A program made the translations under genes and the position numbers. Under the pieces are notes generated by a model. It was given only the letters and a program-made list of their open reading frames with translations, had not been told where the DNA came from and made no database searches. From Promethearchaeota archaeon (GTDB taxonomy: Archaea; Asgardarchaeota; Thorarchaeia; Thorarchaeales; Thorarchaeaceae): 64,000 bases of DNA. The stretch spans positions 133,253 through 197,252 of the forward strand of contig WJMJ01000071.1 in the NCBI GenBank assembly GCA_014728035.1, written 5' to 3'. This document shows positions 9,056 to 20,300 of this stretch, in pieces. Every line of letters begins with the position of its first letter. Position 1 is the stretch's first letter.

Positions 9056-10636
9056 TTAATACTTGGATGGGGTTCCCCATCCCCCCCCTCCTGGGGTTTC
9101 GATTCTTATTTTTGTTCCTTTTAACGTTTTTATGCTTGTTTTTGCTTCTAATCGAAAGTGCTTTTCATCAAGACTCATTTGGTTGATTCCCGATTGTCCA
9201 GACATTCCTCCTTGCAATCCCCAAGGTTCTGAATGTCGTCTTTCTGATTGGATTGATACTTCACAATCATTTGCAAGAATCTCAATCTCTCTGATTACTC
9301 CATCACCGCCTCTCCAACGTCCATCTCCTCCACTATTTTGTCGAATTTTGTATGTTATTACTCGTAATGGATATGCAATCTCTAAAGCTTCTATTGGAGT
9401 ATTTAGCGTATTCGTCATATGAACTTGAATTCCATTGGCCCCATGAGACCCTTTACACGCTCCTGAACCGCCCCCAATTGTTTCATAAAATGAAAAGGAC
9501 CTACCAGTTCGATGGTCTATCCCACCGATTGTTAGATTATTCATTGTGCCCTGACTGGCAGCTGGTATCCTGTCTGGCATAATACTCGATAATGCTCCAA
9601 GGGTTACATCTGCTATTCGTTGGGATGTTTCTACATTTCCTGCTGATACTGGGGCTGGATAACGAGGATTAAGTAGACAACCTTCAGGAACTCTGATGTC
9701 AAGTACACTCCAGCATCCTTCATTTGTGGGAATGTCTTTTCCTAAGATTGAGATGAACACGTAGTAAACTGAAGACAAAGTGGAAGCGAGAGGGCAGTTG
9801 ATATTTCCAATAACCTGTTTCGAGGTGCCAGCAAAATCAATTACAGCTGCTTGTTTTTCAAATTGTATTCCAATTTTTATTGGAATGTGCCAATGTCCTG
9901 TTCCATCACTGTCCATGAAATCAATGAATTGTGAAGTTTGCCCTTCAAAATTCGAGATTGCAATTTGCATCTTTTGTGTGGAATAATCTCTCAGTTCAGT
10001 GAATGTTCTTGTTATGGTTTCCCACTTGTGCCTTTGAGATATCTCATTAAGACGTCGAATTCCTACGTTGTTTGCTGCTACTTGCGCTGACAAGTCGCCC
10101 AATCTTTCATTTGGAGTCCGTGTAGCAGATAGTAGGTCTTCAATCGCTGACTGTCTTAGTTCTCCATTTTGAACAACAATCCTGGGTCTTATCAAAACAC
10201 CTTCTTCTTCTATAGATATTGCCATACCAGGCATTGATCCCGGGCTTACTCCTCCAACATCCGCGTGATGGGCTCTATTAGCTGTAAAAGCAACTCTTTC
10301 GCCTTTGTGAAATACAGGAGCTACCAGTGTTAAATCTGGCAAATGTGACCCTCCACTATAGGGGTCATTAAGAAGGGCCATTGAATTCTCCTGCATCTCG
10401 TCCTCGATCTGCTCAATGCATGATTTCACAGACATGGGCATAGCTCCAAGATGAACTGGGATATCTTTTGATTGAGCAACAAGCCTTCCTTGTGAATCAA
10501 AAAGCGCACAGCTACAATCTCGCCTCTCCTTGATGTTTGGGCTAAAGGCAGTTCGCCTGAGAGCTTGACTCATCTCTCTGGAACAAGAAATCAACGAATT
10601 CTTAATCACTTCAAAAAGGATAGGGTCTTCTATCAT
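9056..10636 (-). CDS. hyuB: Hydantoinase B / 5-oxoprolinase family subunit
   Basis: SPNIKERRDCSCALF, PVHLGAM, NDPYSGGSHLPD, HHADVGG, HMTNTLNTPIE, TPGGGGWG. Confidence 0.92.
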   Translation of the reverse strand: MIEDPILFEVIKNSLISCSREMSQALRRTAFSPNIKERRDCSCALFDSQGRLVAQSKDIPVHLGAMPMSVKSCIEQIEDEMQENSMALLNDPYSGGSHLPDLTLVAPVFHKGERVAFTANRAHHADVGGVSPGSMPGMAISIEEEGVLIRPRIVVQNGELRQSAIEDLLSATRTPNERLGDLSAQVAANNVGIRRLNEISQRHKWETITRTFTELRDYSTQKMQIAISNFEGQTSQFIDFMDSDGTGHWHIPIKIGIQFEKQAAVIDFAGTSKQVIGNINCPLASTLSSVYYVFISILGKDIPTNEGCWSVLDIRVPEGCLLNPRYPAPVSAGNVETSQRIADVTLGALSSIMPDRIPAASQGTMNNLTIGGIDHRTGRSFSFYETIGGGSGACKGSHGANGIQVHMTNTLNTPIEALEIAYPLRVITYKIRQNSGGDGRWRGGDGVIREIEILANDCEVSIQSERRHSEPWGLQGGMSGQSGINQMSLDEKHFRLEAKTSIKTLKGTKIRIETPGGGGWGTPSKY

Positions 10637-12672
10637 TTGGTTACCCTCCTAAGAAGTAGGATGTCATTTTCTTTTTGTATACCTTGCCAATCTGGTGGTA
10701 TTGTAATTGTTGTGTCTAATTGCTCTATGATCGATGGTCCATGTACTATCTGGTCTAATCCCAAATTGTTCCTGAGATATATCTTAGTTATATGCTTCTG
10801 CCCATCTGGCATAATCACAGGTCTTTCAGAAACATGTTCAGATATTTGTTTCTGCCTTTTGATTATTTTGTGCAAATCTGATTGCGGTGCATGTCCTACA
10901 ACTCTTGCAGTAACCCACTCAACATCTCGGTTGGGCATCGTATATCCAAATTCAGCTTTGTGGAGATTCTCGAATGCAATCCGTGATTTCTTGATTAAAT
11001 CAATACGTTTCTTTTGAACTTCAATAGAAAGTTCATGGGATTGACCAGCATATCTCATATCAATGCTAAATTCATATACTATAGTCTCAGGTGGGACGCC
11101 CTGTTGTACTAGTCGTTTCCTCGTTTCCTCTTGTAGGGCATCAAGTGTTTTCTGAAGTATTTTTTCACTATCTTGATTTCCAGTCAGCACTATTGATTTC
11201 ATTGTATCAACACGAAAATCTGCAACTATCAAACCATATGCTGATGTGATTCCCGGATGTGGCGGTATGAGAATTTGATTGATTCCTAGTGATTCTGCAA
11301 TCTCACAAGCCTGTGTGGGGCCGGCGCCCCCGAAAGGGATGAGTATAAATTTTCTGGGATCATGTCCTCTTTCAACTGTTACTTCTCGAATTGCCTGAAC
11401 CATATTTGAAGTTGAAATCTTGATGATTCCCAAGGCTGTTTCTTCTAGACTCATTGATAATGAATTGGCCAATTTTTCAATAGCTCTTCTGGAAGCTGCA
11501 ACATCTAATGGAAATGTTCCTCCTAGAAAGTTATCTGGATTGAGTCTTCCTAAAATTAGATTGGCATCGGTTACAGTTGCATTTTGCCCTCCATATCCAT
11601 ATGCTGCTGGACCTGGCTCTGCACCCGCACTTTGTGGTCCTACATGAAGTACACCAACCTCATCAATCCATGCAATACTTCCACCTCCTGCACCAATTGT
11701 TTTGACATCTACTGCTGGCACTCGTATTGGAAGTCCGTCTACATCATTATCGGGACGAACGATTATTTTTTCCACAACTGCACTAATGTCACAGGATGTC
11801 CCTCCCATGTCTAAAGTGATTGCTTTTGATAATTCTCTCTCTCTTGCTATTTCCCAACCCCCTATCACTCCTCCAGCAAGACCTGAAATTGCCAGACCTA
11901 TTGTTCTACCTTCAGTTTCAGAACATAATATTGTTCCTCCATTAGACTGCATGAGAGTTAATTTTGCATTTGGACAAAGTTGCTTTATCGATTTGTCTAG
12001 TCTTTGTAAGTATGTTAAAACAAGTGGACCTAGATATGCTTCAAGTACTGTTGTAGAGCTTCTTTCATACTCTCGAAATTCTGGCAAGACCTTGGAAGAT
12101 GCAACGGTATATTTGCCTGTTCGCTTAGAAATTGCTTCAAAAAGTCGGTTTTCATGGTCTGCATTCTTATATGAGAAGAGTAAAGAAATTGCAATAGAGT
12201 CTGAATCGATATGTTGAATTTTAGAAATTGTTTTGTCTATCTCTTCATCAGTTAGAACTTCTATTGGATTTCCTTCAGCATCAATTCGTTCGCTAATCCC
12301 AATTCTCCAGTTTCTTTTTACAAGTGGTGTTGGTCGACTTGCCGTGATATCATAGATGTCTTGTCGATTTTGACGTCCGATTTCTAATACATCTTCTAAT
12401 CCCTTTGTAGTAACAAGACACACTTTTGCTCCATTTCTCTCAAGCATTGCGTTAGTAGCTACTGTGGTTCCATGTACAACAAGATCCACATTTTCTGGCT
12501 TGATATCTTGCTGTTTCAATATCTCCTTAATTCCCTCGATAACAGCAATGTCTTGAGAATCTGGTGTTGATGGTGTTTTGTGTACTGTAATTATTTTGTT
12601 TTCAGAGTCAAAGAGGATGATATCTGTGAAAGTTCCACCTACGTCTACACCAATTGTTATCATAGCTACCAA
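10633..12672 (-). CDS. hyuA: Hydantoinase A / 5-oxoprolinase family subunit
   Basis: DVGGTFTD, HGTTVATN, DMGGTSCD, GAGGGS, GPQSAGAEPGP. ATGA overlap with the B subunit. Confidence 0.92.
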   Translation of the reverse strand: MVAMITIGVDVGGTFTDIILFDSENKIITVHKTPSTPDSQDIAVIEGIKEILKQQDIKPENVDLVVHGTTVATNAMLERNGAKVCLVTTKGLEDVLEIGRQNRQDIYDITASRPTPLVKRNWRIGISERIDAEGNPIEVLTDEEIDKTISKIQHIDSDSIAISLLFSYKNADHENRLFEAISKRTGKYTVASSKVLPEFREYERSSTTVLEAYLGPLVLTYLQRLDKSIKQLCPNAKLTLMQSNGGTILCSETEGRTIGLAISGLAGGVIGGWEIARERELSKAITLDMGGTSCDISAVVEKIIVRPDNDVDGLPIRVPAVDVKTIGAGGGSIAWIDEVGVLHVGPQSAGAEPGPAAYGYGGQNATVTDANLILGRLNPDNFLGGTFPLDVAASRRAIEKLANSLSMSLEETALGIIKISTSNMVQAIREVTVERGHDPRKFILIPFGGAGPTQACEIAESLGINQILIPPHPGITSAYGLIVADFRVDTMKSIVLTGNQDSEKILQKTLDALQEETRKRLVQQGVPPETIVYEFSIDMRYAGQSHELSIEVQKKRIDLIKKSRIAFENLHKAEFGYTMPNRDVEWVTARVVGHAPQSDLHKIIKRQKQISEHVSERPVIMPDGQKHITKIYLRNNLGLDQIVHGPSIIEQLDTTITIPPDWQGIQKENDILLLRRVTK

Positions 12673-12713
12673 TTCTAAGATTTGATAGTGCCATATGAAA
12701 ACTTTCTCTTATA

Positions 12714-13613
12714 TTAGACAGAAAATTCAAGTTTTGTTCCCACACGTACTTGTTCGTATTCTTCACTGAAACGATTTAGAAGTAAACATTTTCCTTTTAT
12801 CCCAGTGCAATGAGCCGGAGCAATGGTTTTAATTTTCGCTTCTTTGAGTCTATAGCAGGTCTTATCCAGACGCTCTTGAGAAGCCCCTCTAAGATGTAAT
12901 CCTCCAACAACTGCTCTAATATCCGAAATACCAGTCAATTGAACTGTGTGATTTATTGTATTAACCAGTCCTGCATGACAACATCCTGTGAGTAGTACTA
13001 ATGAATCATCACTCATTCGGAATACAAGGGATAAATCATCAAGGATTTCATCCACTACCTCTTCTCCATCAACTATAGTTATTGCCTTTTTTAGTTTGCC
13101 AACTTTCTTCTCGAATGATGTTTGAAGGGGGATCTCGCCAGTTGTGGAAACCGCATTGGATATCTTGAATGGATCCTTTGTTGTAATAACTGAATACAAA
13201 CTCTCAATCATTTCAGTTGAAAAATAAGATTGAATGCCTATATCTTGGGTTCTTTTCTTTGTTCTAAGCAACTTTGGTGCTAGTGCATGTGGATGGCATA
13301 TCAATGGCACTTTTCTCTCGATTTGTTCAGCAACATAAGGTAATCCTGCAACATGGTCCCAGTGACCATGACTAATGACAACATAATCAACATCATCAAG
13401 ATCGACTTTTAGAGCTTCAATGTTATTTGCAAGTCCTTCTGGGTCACTGGAGCAGTCAAACAGAATTTGTATTTCCTCATCGCTGGAATGAAGAGCTTTC
13501 ACAAAAACAGAAAAACCTGGTAGACCAACTAACCTATCACTGTCTACGACATTATCTGATAGGATTCTGAACTCAAGTTCTTTTACTGCATTCATTTTCT
13601 TCACATTTCCCAA
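12714..13613 (-). CDS. MBL-fold metallo-hydrolase
   Basis: SHGHWDH, GCCHAG, GGLHL, HCTG. Confidence 0.88.
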   Translation of the reverse strand: MGNVKKMNAVKELEFRILSDNVVDSDRLVGLPGFSVFVKALHSSDEEIQILFDCSSDPEGLANNIEALKVDLDDVDYVVISHGHWDHVAGLPYVAEQIERKVPLICHPHALAPKLLRTKKRTQDIGIQSYFSTEMIESLYSVITTKDPFKISNAVSTTGEIPLQTSFEKKVGKLKKAITIVDGEEVVDEILDDLSLVFRMSDDSLVLLTGCCHAGLVNTINHTVQLTGISDIRAVVGGLHLRGASQERLDKTCYRLKEAKIKTIAPAHCTGIKGKCLLLNRFSEEYEQVRVGTKLEFSV

Positions 13614-14584
13614 CTTTCGTTAGTTTTCCAGTAGTAATAGAGTTGAGGGTTTTGTAACAAGAAACCTACTTTTTCATAGAGATTTCTTGCCATTGTGTTA
13701 TCTCGATCTAACTCAAGAGAAACTTTGTAGATTTCTTCTTTAGACAATGCTTGGAGTGTTTGTAAGAGAAGTAATTTTCCTAATCCTCTGCCTTGTTCTT
13801 TGGGAGCAATTCCAAAAGGACCAATTTCAGCTTGACCATCTTCCATACGTACGACAGAATATCCAATTATTTCGTTATCTTTTGTCATAATTAGAGATGC
13901 TTCTTCAATGAAATCTCTCTCTTTACTTATCCAATAATTGATACATGTTTTCTGCTGTTTGTCGCTAAGACTAAGAAATAGTCGATCTGGACTAGTTTGG
14001 AATGAGATTTCTACACATTTTCTAATCTTATCTTCTGATACATCTGTATACTTTTGAATATCTATTTCATCAGGGAGATTTATTTTTTCAAGAGAAATCT
14101 TTTTGATATCAAGCATCATTTTAATCTCCTCAGATGCCAATTTGAAGCCAGAATTTGAATAGATACCTATTAACTCCTCAAGAAGTGGTTTTTTTTCTTC
14201 AGTGATACCTGAGAACATGACTTCTAATCTTTCAATATTTCTCTTTCTTGCCAATTCCTTTGCATTCTCAATCAAGCTCATTGCAATCTCTAACTTATCA
14301 TCTGTATCTTTTACGATAGGATGCCAGGGAGAGATAAAAGCCATTGATTCAAAACCTGTAAACATTGACATGAATCCCACCACGTTTCCATCTTTTCCAC
14401 GTGCGATTATTTGTACATATTCTTCATTTTCTACAGAGGCTCTTAGTTGTTCCACTATATCCTTGTAGTCAATTTCCGACTCATAGTACCCCCTTTGATA
14501 TTTCACAATAAAATTGGCTATTTTTGGTATCTCTTCTTCCAAGATACTTCCTGTTTGAAAGTATACATGTTGGGGGCCTAACAT
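13601..14584 (-). CDS. Tandem GNAT acetyltransferase
   Basis: Acetyl-CoA motif EQGRGLGK and NTMARNLYEKVGF. Likely start MLGPQ at 14584 with SD GGGAG. Confidence 0.8.
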   Translation of the reverse strand: MLGPQHVYFQTGSILEEEIPKIANFIVKYQRGYYESEIDYKDIVEQLRASVENEEYVQIIARGKDGNVVGFMSMFTGFESMAFISPWHPIVKDTDDKLEIAMSLIENAKELARKRNIERLEVMFSGITEEKKPLLEELIGIYSNSGFKLASEEIKMMLDIKKISLEKINLPDEIDIQKYTDVSEDKIRKCVEISFQTSPDRLFLSLSDKQQKTCINYWISKERDFIEEASLIMTKDNEIIGYSVVRMEDGQAEIGPFGIAPKEQGRGLGKLLLLQTLQALSKEEIYKVSLELDRDNTMARNLYEKVGFLLQNPQLYYYWKTNESWEM

Positions 14585-14716
14585 TCTTGATTTCTCCCAG
14601 ATAATACGAAACATGTTCTTTGAAAAGTATATTGTCGAAAGTAACATATTGGCAATAACTAGTGCAATGAATTGCCTTATTACTCCTATATCTACGTTTC
14701 AGTGAGATGTTTCATC

Positions 14717-15910
14717 ATGAAACCTGGATATTCAGCTGTATTGGTTCGCTACGGTGAGATTGGAATCAAATCAAAACAGACTCGCAAACGAATGACGGCT
14801 CTTCTTGCTCGGAATATTTCTTCTGCTATCAATGAACAGAAATTACCTCTTGAAAAAGTAAGACGAACATGGGGTAGAATCTTTATTGAAACATCTGAAC
14901 CAGAAAAAGTAGCTGAGTTGGTTTCTAGAGTATTTGGTGTGGTTTCATGTTCTCCAGTGGTAGTGGTTACCTCCGAATTAGAAACTATGATTAAAACAGG
15001 ATTCGAGCTGGCGAAACACGAATTCGATAAAGGCAAGTCATTCGCCGTTGGTGCACGTCGAGTAGGTGAACATACATTCTCAAGCCAAGATATTCGAGAA
15101 CAACTTGGAGCGAAAATTCTGCATGAACTTCCTGAGCTTGATTTGAATGTAAATCTATCAGAACCAGAACAGTCTGTATACGTTGAAGTTCGAAATGACA
15201 CTGCATATATATTCTTGAGAACTATTGATGGTGTTGGTGGAATGCCCACTGGCACACAGGGAAAGGTTGTCTGTACTGTTTCTACTGGACTCGATTCTCC
15301 CATAGCGGCGTTTAAAGTTATGAAACGTGGTTGTGTACCTGTATTCGTATATTTTGATAACACTCCCTATGCTCAGGATGGATGTACTGCTTTAGCGATA
15401 AGACAAGCACAGTTACTTGCAGACTATATCTATGGATTTGAAGTGAAATTGTATATAATTCCCCACGGTCCAGATCTTGATATGATTAAGAGCTGTGGTA
15501 TTGAGAGGGCAACATGTATCCATTGTAAAAGAAACATGTTACGATTAGCCCGTGAAGTTGCGATTCTTGAAAATGCAGATGCTATTGTTACTGGAGAAAT
15601 CCTTGGTGAGCAAGCATCTCAGACATCACAAAACCTTAGAGTGATAAGCTCCGTGGTCTGTGATTTTCCTATACTACGTCCTTGTGTTGGTGATGATAAG
15701 GTAGAAATACAAGAGATGGCGATAAAGATAGGAACCTATCAGTTTGCAAAAGAAGGACTCTCGTGTTGTTCTCTAGCACCAAGTTACCCTCTGCTGCATG
15801 CACAACAAAATAAGATTGAATCATCGGAAAAAGAAATGGATTTCTCAGTGATTGAAGAAGAAGTTAAAGCTGCACGTGTCGAGGTACTCAGACGGGGTCG
15901 TATTATATGA
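14717..15910 (+). CDS. thiI: tRNA 4-thiouridine synthase ThiI (THUMP plus PP-loop)
   Basis: VRYGEIGIKS, GVGGMPTG, STGLDSP, CIHCKR, TGEILGEQASQT. Start at ATG 14717. Confidence 0.92.
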   Translation: MKPGYSAVLVRYGEIGIKSKQTRKRMTALLARNISSAINEQKLPLEKVRRTWGRIFIETSEPEKVAELVSRVFGVVSCSPVVVVTSELETMIKTGFELAKHEFDKGKSFAVGARRVGEHTFSSQDIREQLGAKILHELPELDLNVNLSEPEQSVYVEVRNDTAYIFLRTIDGVGGMPTGTQGKVVCTVSTGLDSPIAAFKVMKRGCVPVFVYFDNTPYAQDGCTALAIRQAQLLADYIYGFEVKLYIIPHGPDLDMIKSCGIERATCIHCKRNMLRLAREVAILENADAIVTGEILGEQASQTSQNLRVISSVVCDFPILRPCVGDDKVEIQEMAIKIGTYQFAKEGLSCCSLAPSYPLLHAQQNKIESSEKEMDFSVIEEEVKAARVEVLRRGRII

Positions 15911-15977
15911 CTTGTATTTCACTATTATGGGTTTTGACTAGTACTCATTGGTTAAAAATGATATTTATTGATTTACA

Positions 15978-15990
15978 AGCCTTTAAATAG
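15978..15990 (+). promoter_or_regulatory. Archaeal TATA box upstream of the histone gene
   Basis: TTTAAATA at 15982-15989, 60 nt before the ATG. SD GAGGAG at 16036-16041. Confidence 0.55.
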
Positions 15991-16049
15991 AAGAACTATA
16001 AAAATAAGGCTTATACGTACTCTAATAGATTAACGAGGAGAAATGCATT

Positions 16050-16286
16050 ATGCCACGTTCAAGAAAAGACAGAATTCTTCCTGTTGCCCCAGTAGACCGT
16101 TTAATTAGAAGTGCTGGTGCAGGACGAGTTAGCGATAAAGGTGCAGAACGACTAGCACAGATTTTGGAAGAGGTTGGACAATATTTAGCAAAGCGGGCCT
16201 ATGAGCTTACAACACACGCTGATAGAAAAACCATAACCGATAAGGATATTGAGCTTGCATATAAACAGTGGAGTAAATCCCTCTAA
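16050..16286 (+). CDS. Archaeal histone (HMf-like fold) with a short basic N-terminal extension
   Basis: LPVAPVDRLIRSAGAGRVS...HADRKTITDKDIELA. Confidence 0.93.
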   Translation: MPRSRKDRILPVAPVDRLIRSAGAGRVSDKGAERLAQILEEVGQYLAKRAYELTTHADRKTITDKDIELAYKQWSKSL

Positions 16287-16353
16287 TCAAACATGGCGGC
16301 TGTACTCATCTTCCTAAGATGCGTATATATACCTCATCAGGTGTTGGAAGAAT

Positions 16354-17043
16354 ATGGTTAAGACAGTGAATAGTGTATCCAATTATAATATTCTGCTGTC
16401 TATCCATGACGTTTCTCCAATCTATGAGGATGCGATTATATCACTATATGATAGCTTATCAGATATTGGGATTTCCAGCTTTACTCTGTTGATCCCTCCA
16501 TTCTATCAGCTAAAAGGCTCTAATGTATTTGAAGAAAAGGACATCTTTGTAGATTATTTACGATCACTTGACTTGGAAATCTCTTTACATGGATATTCTC
16601 ACACAACAAAGTCTGGTGGATTAGATGAGTTCAAGAAGCTCACTGCTAAAAGGTCTGCTTCTCGTCTGAAATCTGGCATCGCCATGATTCGGAGAGCTTT
16701 TGGCATTAGACCCTTCGGATTCATACCTCCAGCTTGGCAAGCAACTAAAACCGTATTGAACCAAGTAAAAGATGTTGGACTCAAATATTGTGTTATTGGA
16801 AACAATATCCATGATTTTAAAAGTATGAAGGTCTTCTCAACAGCAGACTATGTCATAAGCCAAGGTGATGGGAATACATCCTTTTCAGATATTATGCTAG
16901 AATTAGAGCTTGGAGGGCCTCTTCAGATATCAATTCACCCTCTTGACTTCAAGTCTAGCTATATTTTTGTAGCTCTCAGAGATGCGCTTGATAGATTAGA
17001 TTACACTATTTGTGGATATCGCGACTATTTGCGAAAAATATAA
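16354..17043 (+). CDS. Polysaccharide deacetylase family protein (DUF2334-like)
   Basis: SIHDVSP, LHGYSH, GFIPPAW, ISIHP. Confidence 0.8.
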   Translation: MVKTVNSVSNYNILLSIHDVSPIYEDAIISLYDSLSDIGISSFTLLIPPFYQLKGSNVFEEKDIFVDYLRSLDLEISLHGYSHTTKSGGLDEFKKLTAKRSASRLKSGIAMIRRAFGIRPFGFIPPAWQATKTVLNQVKDVGLKYCVIGNNIHDFKSMKVFSTADYVISQGDGNTSFSDIMLELELGGPLQISIHPLDFKSSYIFVALRDALDRLDYTICGYRDYLRKI

Positions 17044-17388
17044 CCTTTTTTCCTCTCTAGTAGATTCATTCGCTTATTCATCCAACGTAAGTATATGAAT
17101 AAGTTTGTAAGCACATTATGACAGCAAACATAGAGACAATTTGATACTCTGAAAGACCTATCAATCCGGCTTGAGGGGATTGTTGGAAATTGAATGGATG
17201 TGAATGATGTAGTTATTCATAATAACCTTCGTGCGAAAAATCGAAATGATTGACTAGCTATCGAATCGATTCATCAGCCAATCATTGTTATGGGTCGGGA
17301 GAATTGTTCTCACAGAATAGATGAAATGAATTTAGGTTCATTCTATTCCTTGACGAGTATCAATCTTAGATTCGGAGGAAAACGAAAC

Positions 17389-20300
17389 ATGAGGAGAGCA
17401 AGTCTTGTTGGACTTCTTATTATGCTGATATTTGTAATTCCAGTTCCTAGTATTACTACTCCAGCTGGCACTAATTATTCCGAGTCAAAAACCATTCAAG
17501 GTACTGACTCATGGTCTGTTGCAGATACAACCTTTACAACTGGCACAGGTATGCCACTTTCATATTCAATGATTGGGACCGCTACAAACACGTATGACGG
17601 TTCTATGATCATTGATTCTACAAGTCCTAGTACTACCACCGTATCATTGGATGATGGCTGGACTGGTTCTGGTCTTGAAACAACCGTTGATACTATGGTG
17701 ATTACAGATAGTGATCAGCTCCTCAATGGTGATATGAATTCCTACCACACCGAGAAATTCCTTGGTACCAGCTTTAATTCTGAAGATGTTCTCATCCCCG
17801 ATAATTGGGCACTCACTAAAACAGATAATTCAGGAACTGGTCATCCTCATCATGGTGTATTTGAGTTCAATAGCTTTTCTAGTTCAGGATATGAAAGCAC
17901 TCAAGGATTCCGGTTCGATGCGAATTGGGGTGCAAGTACAAGTCTCTCCTCGACTGATAGTATCTACATCGGTCAGATGATATCTGCACCTTATCGTGAA
18001 CTTGTTTCTGCTGAAGTTCAATTCTACTATAGAGTTGACTCCGTTTCTGACTTGAATGACCAAGTTTACCTTGTCCTACGTTTTGGTAATTATGAATATG
18101 AGCTTCATGCTTTTGCTTCAGGTTCAACAACCGATACTTGGTTATCAGCTACAGTACCAATTCCAATTTCAACAATAGATGCAATTTCTCTCCCTGATTC
18201 TATTCTATTGGAAATTGGACTTGCGACAGATCTTTCAGGCTCTCAAGCATCTGCTCGAGATGCTTATGTATATGTTGATAGTATCTCCGTTGATTTGGAT
18301 GTTCGTCCGTTCCCAGAACAAGTAGGTCTTACTGTAAATGGCACTGATGTTGTTGGTTCCGAGATGTATAGTATCTCACCTTTCTTACCAGACGGTGAGA
18401 ATCGTGATGGTTACGATCCTGATGGTTCAGGATTCGATTTAGACGGTTATAACAATGATGCAGTCTTATCTGTTGGAACTTGGGGAACCTCATGGAGCGA
18501 CACTAGTCCGTACCAGATTGGCTTACAGTTTCCATTGAATATACCTTCAGGTGCAGCAATTACCCAAGCCTATATTGAAGTGGAATCTGCTGGAGTTGGT
18601 ACAATGAGCGATATGCGGCTTTATCTTGCAAGTCGTGATAGTTCATTAAATGATATATCCGCTTTTACGAATGGTGGTGCCCAACTTGAGGATAGGCTGA
18701 CCTTTATCGATACTAGCGTAGACTGGTCTCCTTCAGCTTGGAGTTATGGAGAAAGGTATTACTCTCCTGATTTTTCTGCTCTTCTTCAAAAGGGTATCAA
18801 TGAGAATGGTTGGAATGCTGGAGACCATGTCGCAATTATGCTAGATTTCATGTATGCATCATCATATCAGTCATACAACGACATCAAGGGCTCATATGGA
18901 TCATTCTTTGATGCTCATGAACTGGCAAGGATATACGTAGAGTATATCATTCCAAATGCTGAGGATACCGTTGCAAATCTTGCTTACAAAAAAGACATTA
19001 CAATTAATTCAGCTCGAGTAGCTGCGACTCTAACTGACTTCCCAGTCCTAGTTGATATTTACGACTCGGACCTGAAAACCGATGCACAGAAGGATGGCGA
19101 TGATATTGCCTTCGTTCAAAATGGTGTTCAACTAGCTCACGAAATCGAATATTATGATCACTACTACAATTCAACCCATGCTCATCTTATCGCTTGGGTT
19201 AATGTTCCAACTCTATCTGGCTCATCTGATACTATTATTGAGATGCATTATGGAGACTCCGAGGTTGGAAATCTTCAGAATGCTGCAGGGGTTTGGAATA
19301 CAGGATACGAGTCCGTCTGGCATATGAACAATAACTTGACTGCTGGACAACTTATCGATAGTACTGAGAACAACTATGATGGTGTATCATTTGACATGGC
19401 TGCAAGAAACGTGACAGATGGGCAGATTGATGGTGCTTACGAATTTGCTGGTAGCAGTGAACGTGCAATCGTTGGTCAAATGGATACTGATTCATGGGGT
19501 GCGATTACCCTGGAGAGTTGGTTTTATCTTGATACGGATGGCGATTACAGAATTATATCAAAAGAGGTTGGCACAGGTGGAGGACCTCACATCTTTATGA
19601 TTGGTGTGGATAACACTCAAACACTTAAAGTCAGAATCTATACGGATGGAGGCAATACCGACTGGAACTCGCCTGATGATGCTATTAGTCTGAGCACATG
19701 GCATCATTTGGTAGTAACATTTGACCAATCCCTTTCTTCAAATGAAGTTCGAGTCTATCTTGATGGTTCTTACTACTACGGGGAAGGAAACAGCGGTTCA
19801 ACTTTTGATGACTCAAATACAGAAGTAACAATTGGGGACAATAGTGAGGGTACTCGGAGTTTTGATGGAATAATTGACGAAGTAAGGATATCAAATACCG
19901 CAAGGTCATCCAATTGGATTCTCACCCAATTCCGAAATCAAGACAGCCCTAATTCATTTCTCTCTGTTGGCTCGGAACAGACCAACAAGGATAGCTATGG
20001 AAGTACTGAGACTGCATCTCTGGAATTTGCTACATCTTCTACAGACCCGGTTTCACTGGAAACTACTGCTTCTCTAACTATTTCTGGGAGCGGACAGAGT
20101 CTAGATGAAAATATGAACACCGGAACCACTTTTGTTGTGGACAATGGTACAGAATATGTGAATTGGACTGCTAATGTCCTGATTTCTCCCCCACCAAATG
20201 CAGCTTCTATGAACGCCTACATAGACTATCCTCAGACTGAATGGAAACCTACTTCGGTCACTAACCCCGTAGGGCAATCCAAGACGTACGGAACCGATTG

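Noticed and set aside
14749-15363. 204-aa antisense ORF, and similar shadow ORFs such as 11702-12217, 7738-8163, 3425-3769 and 6029-6211
   Set aside because: They lie opposite well-supported genes and have no motifs of their own.
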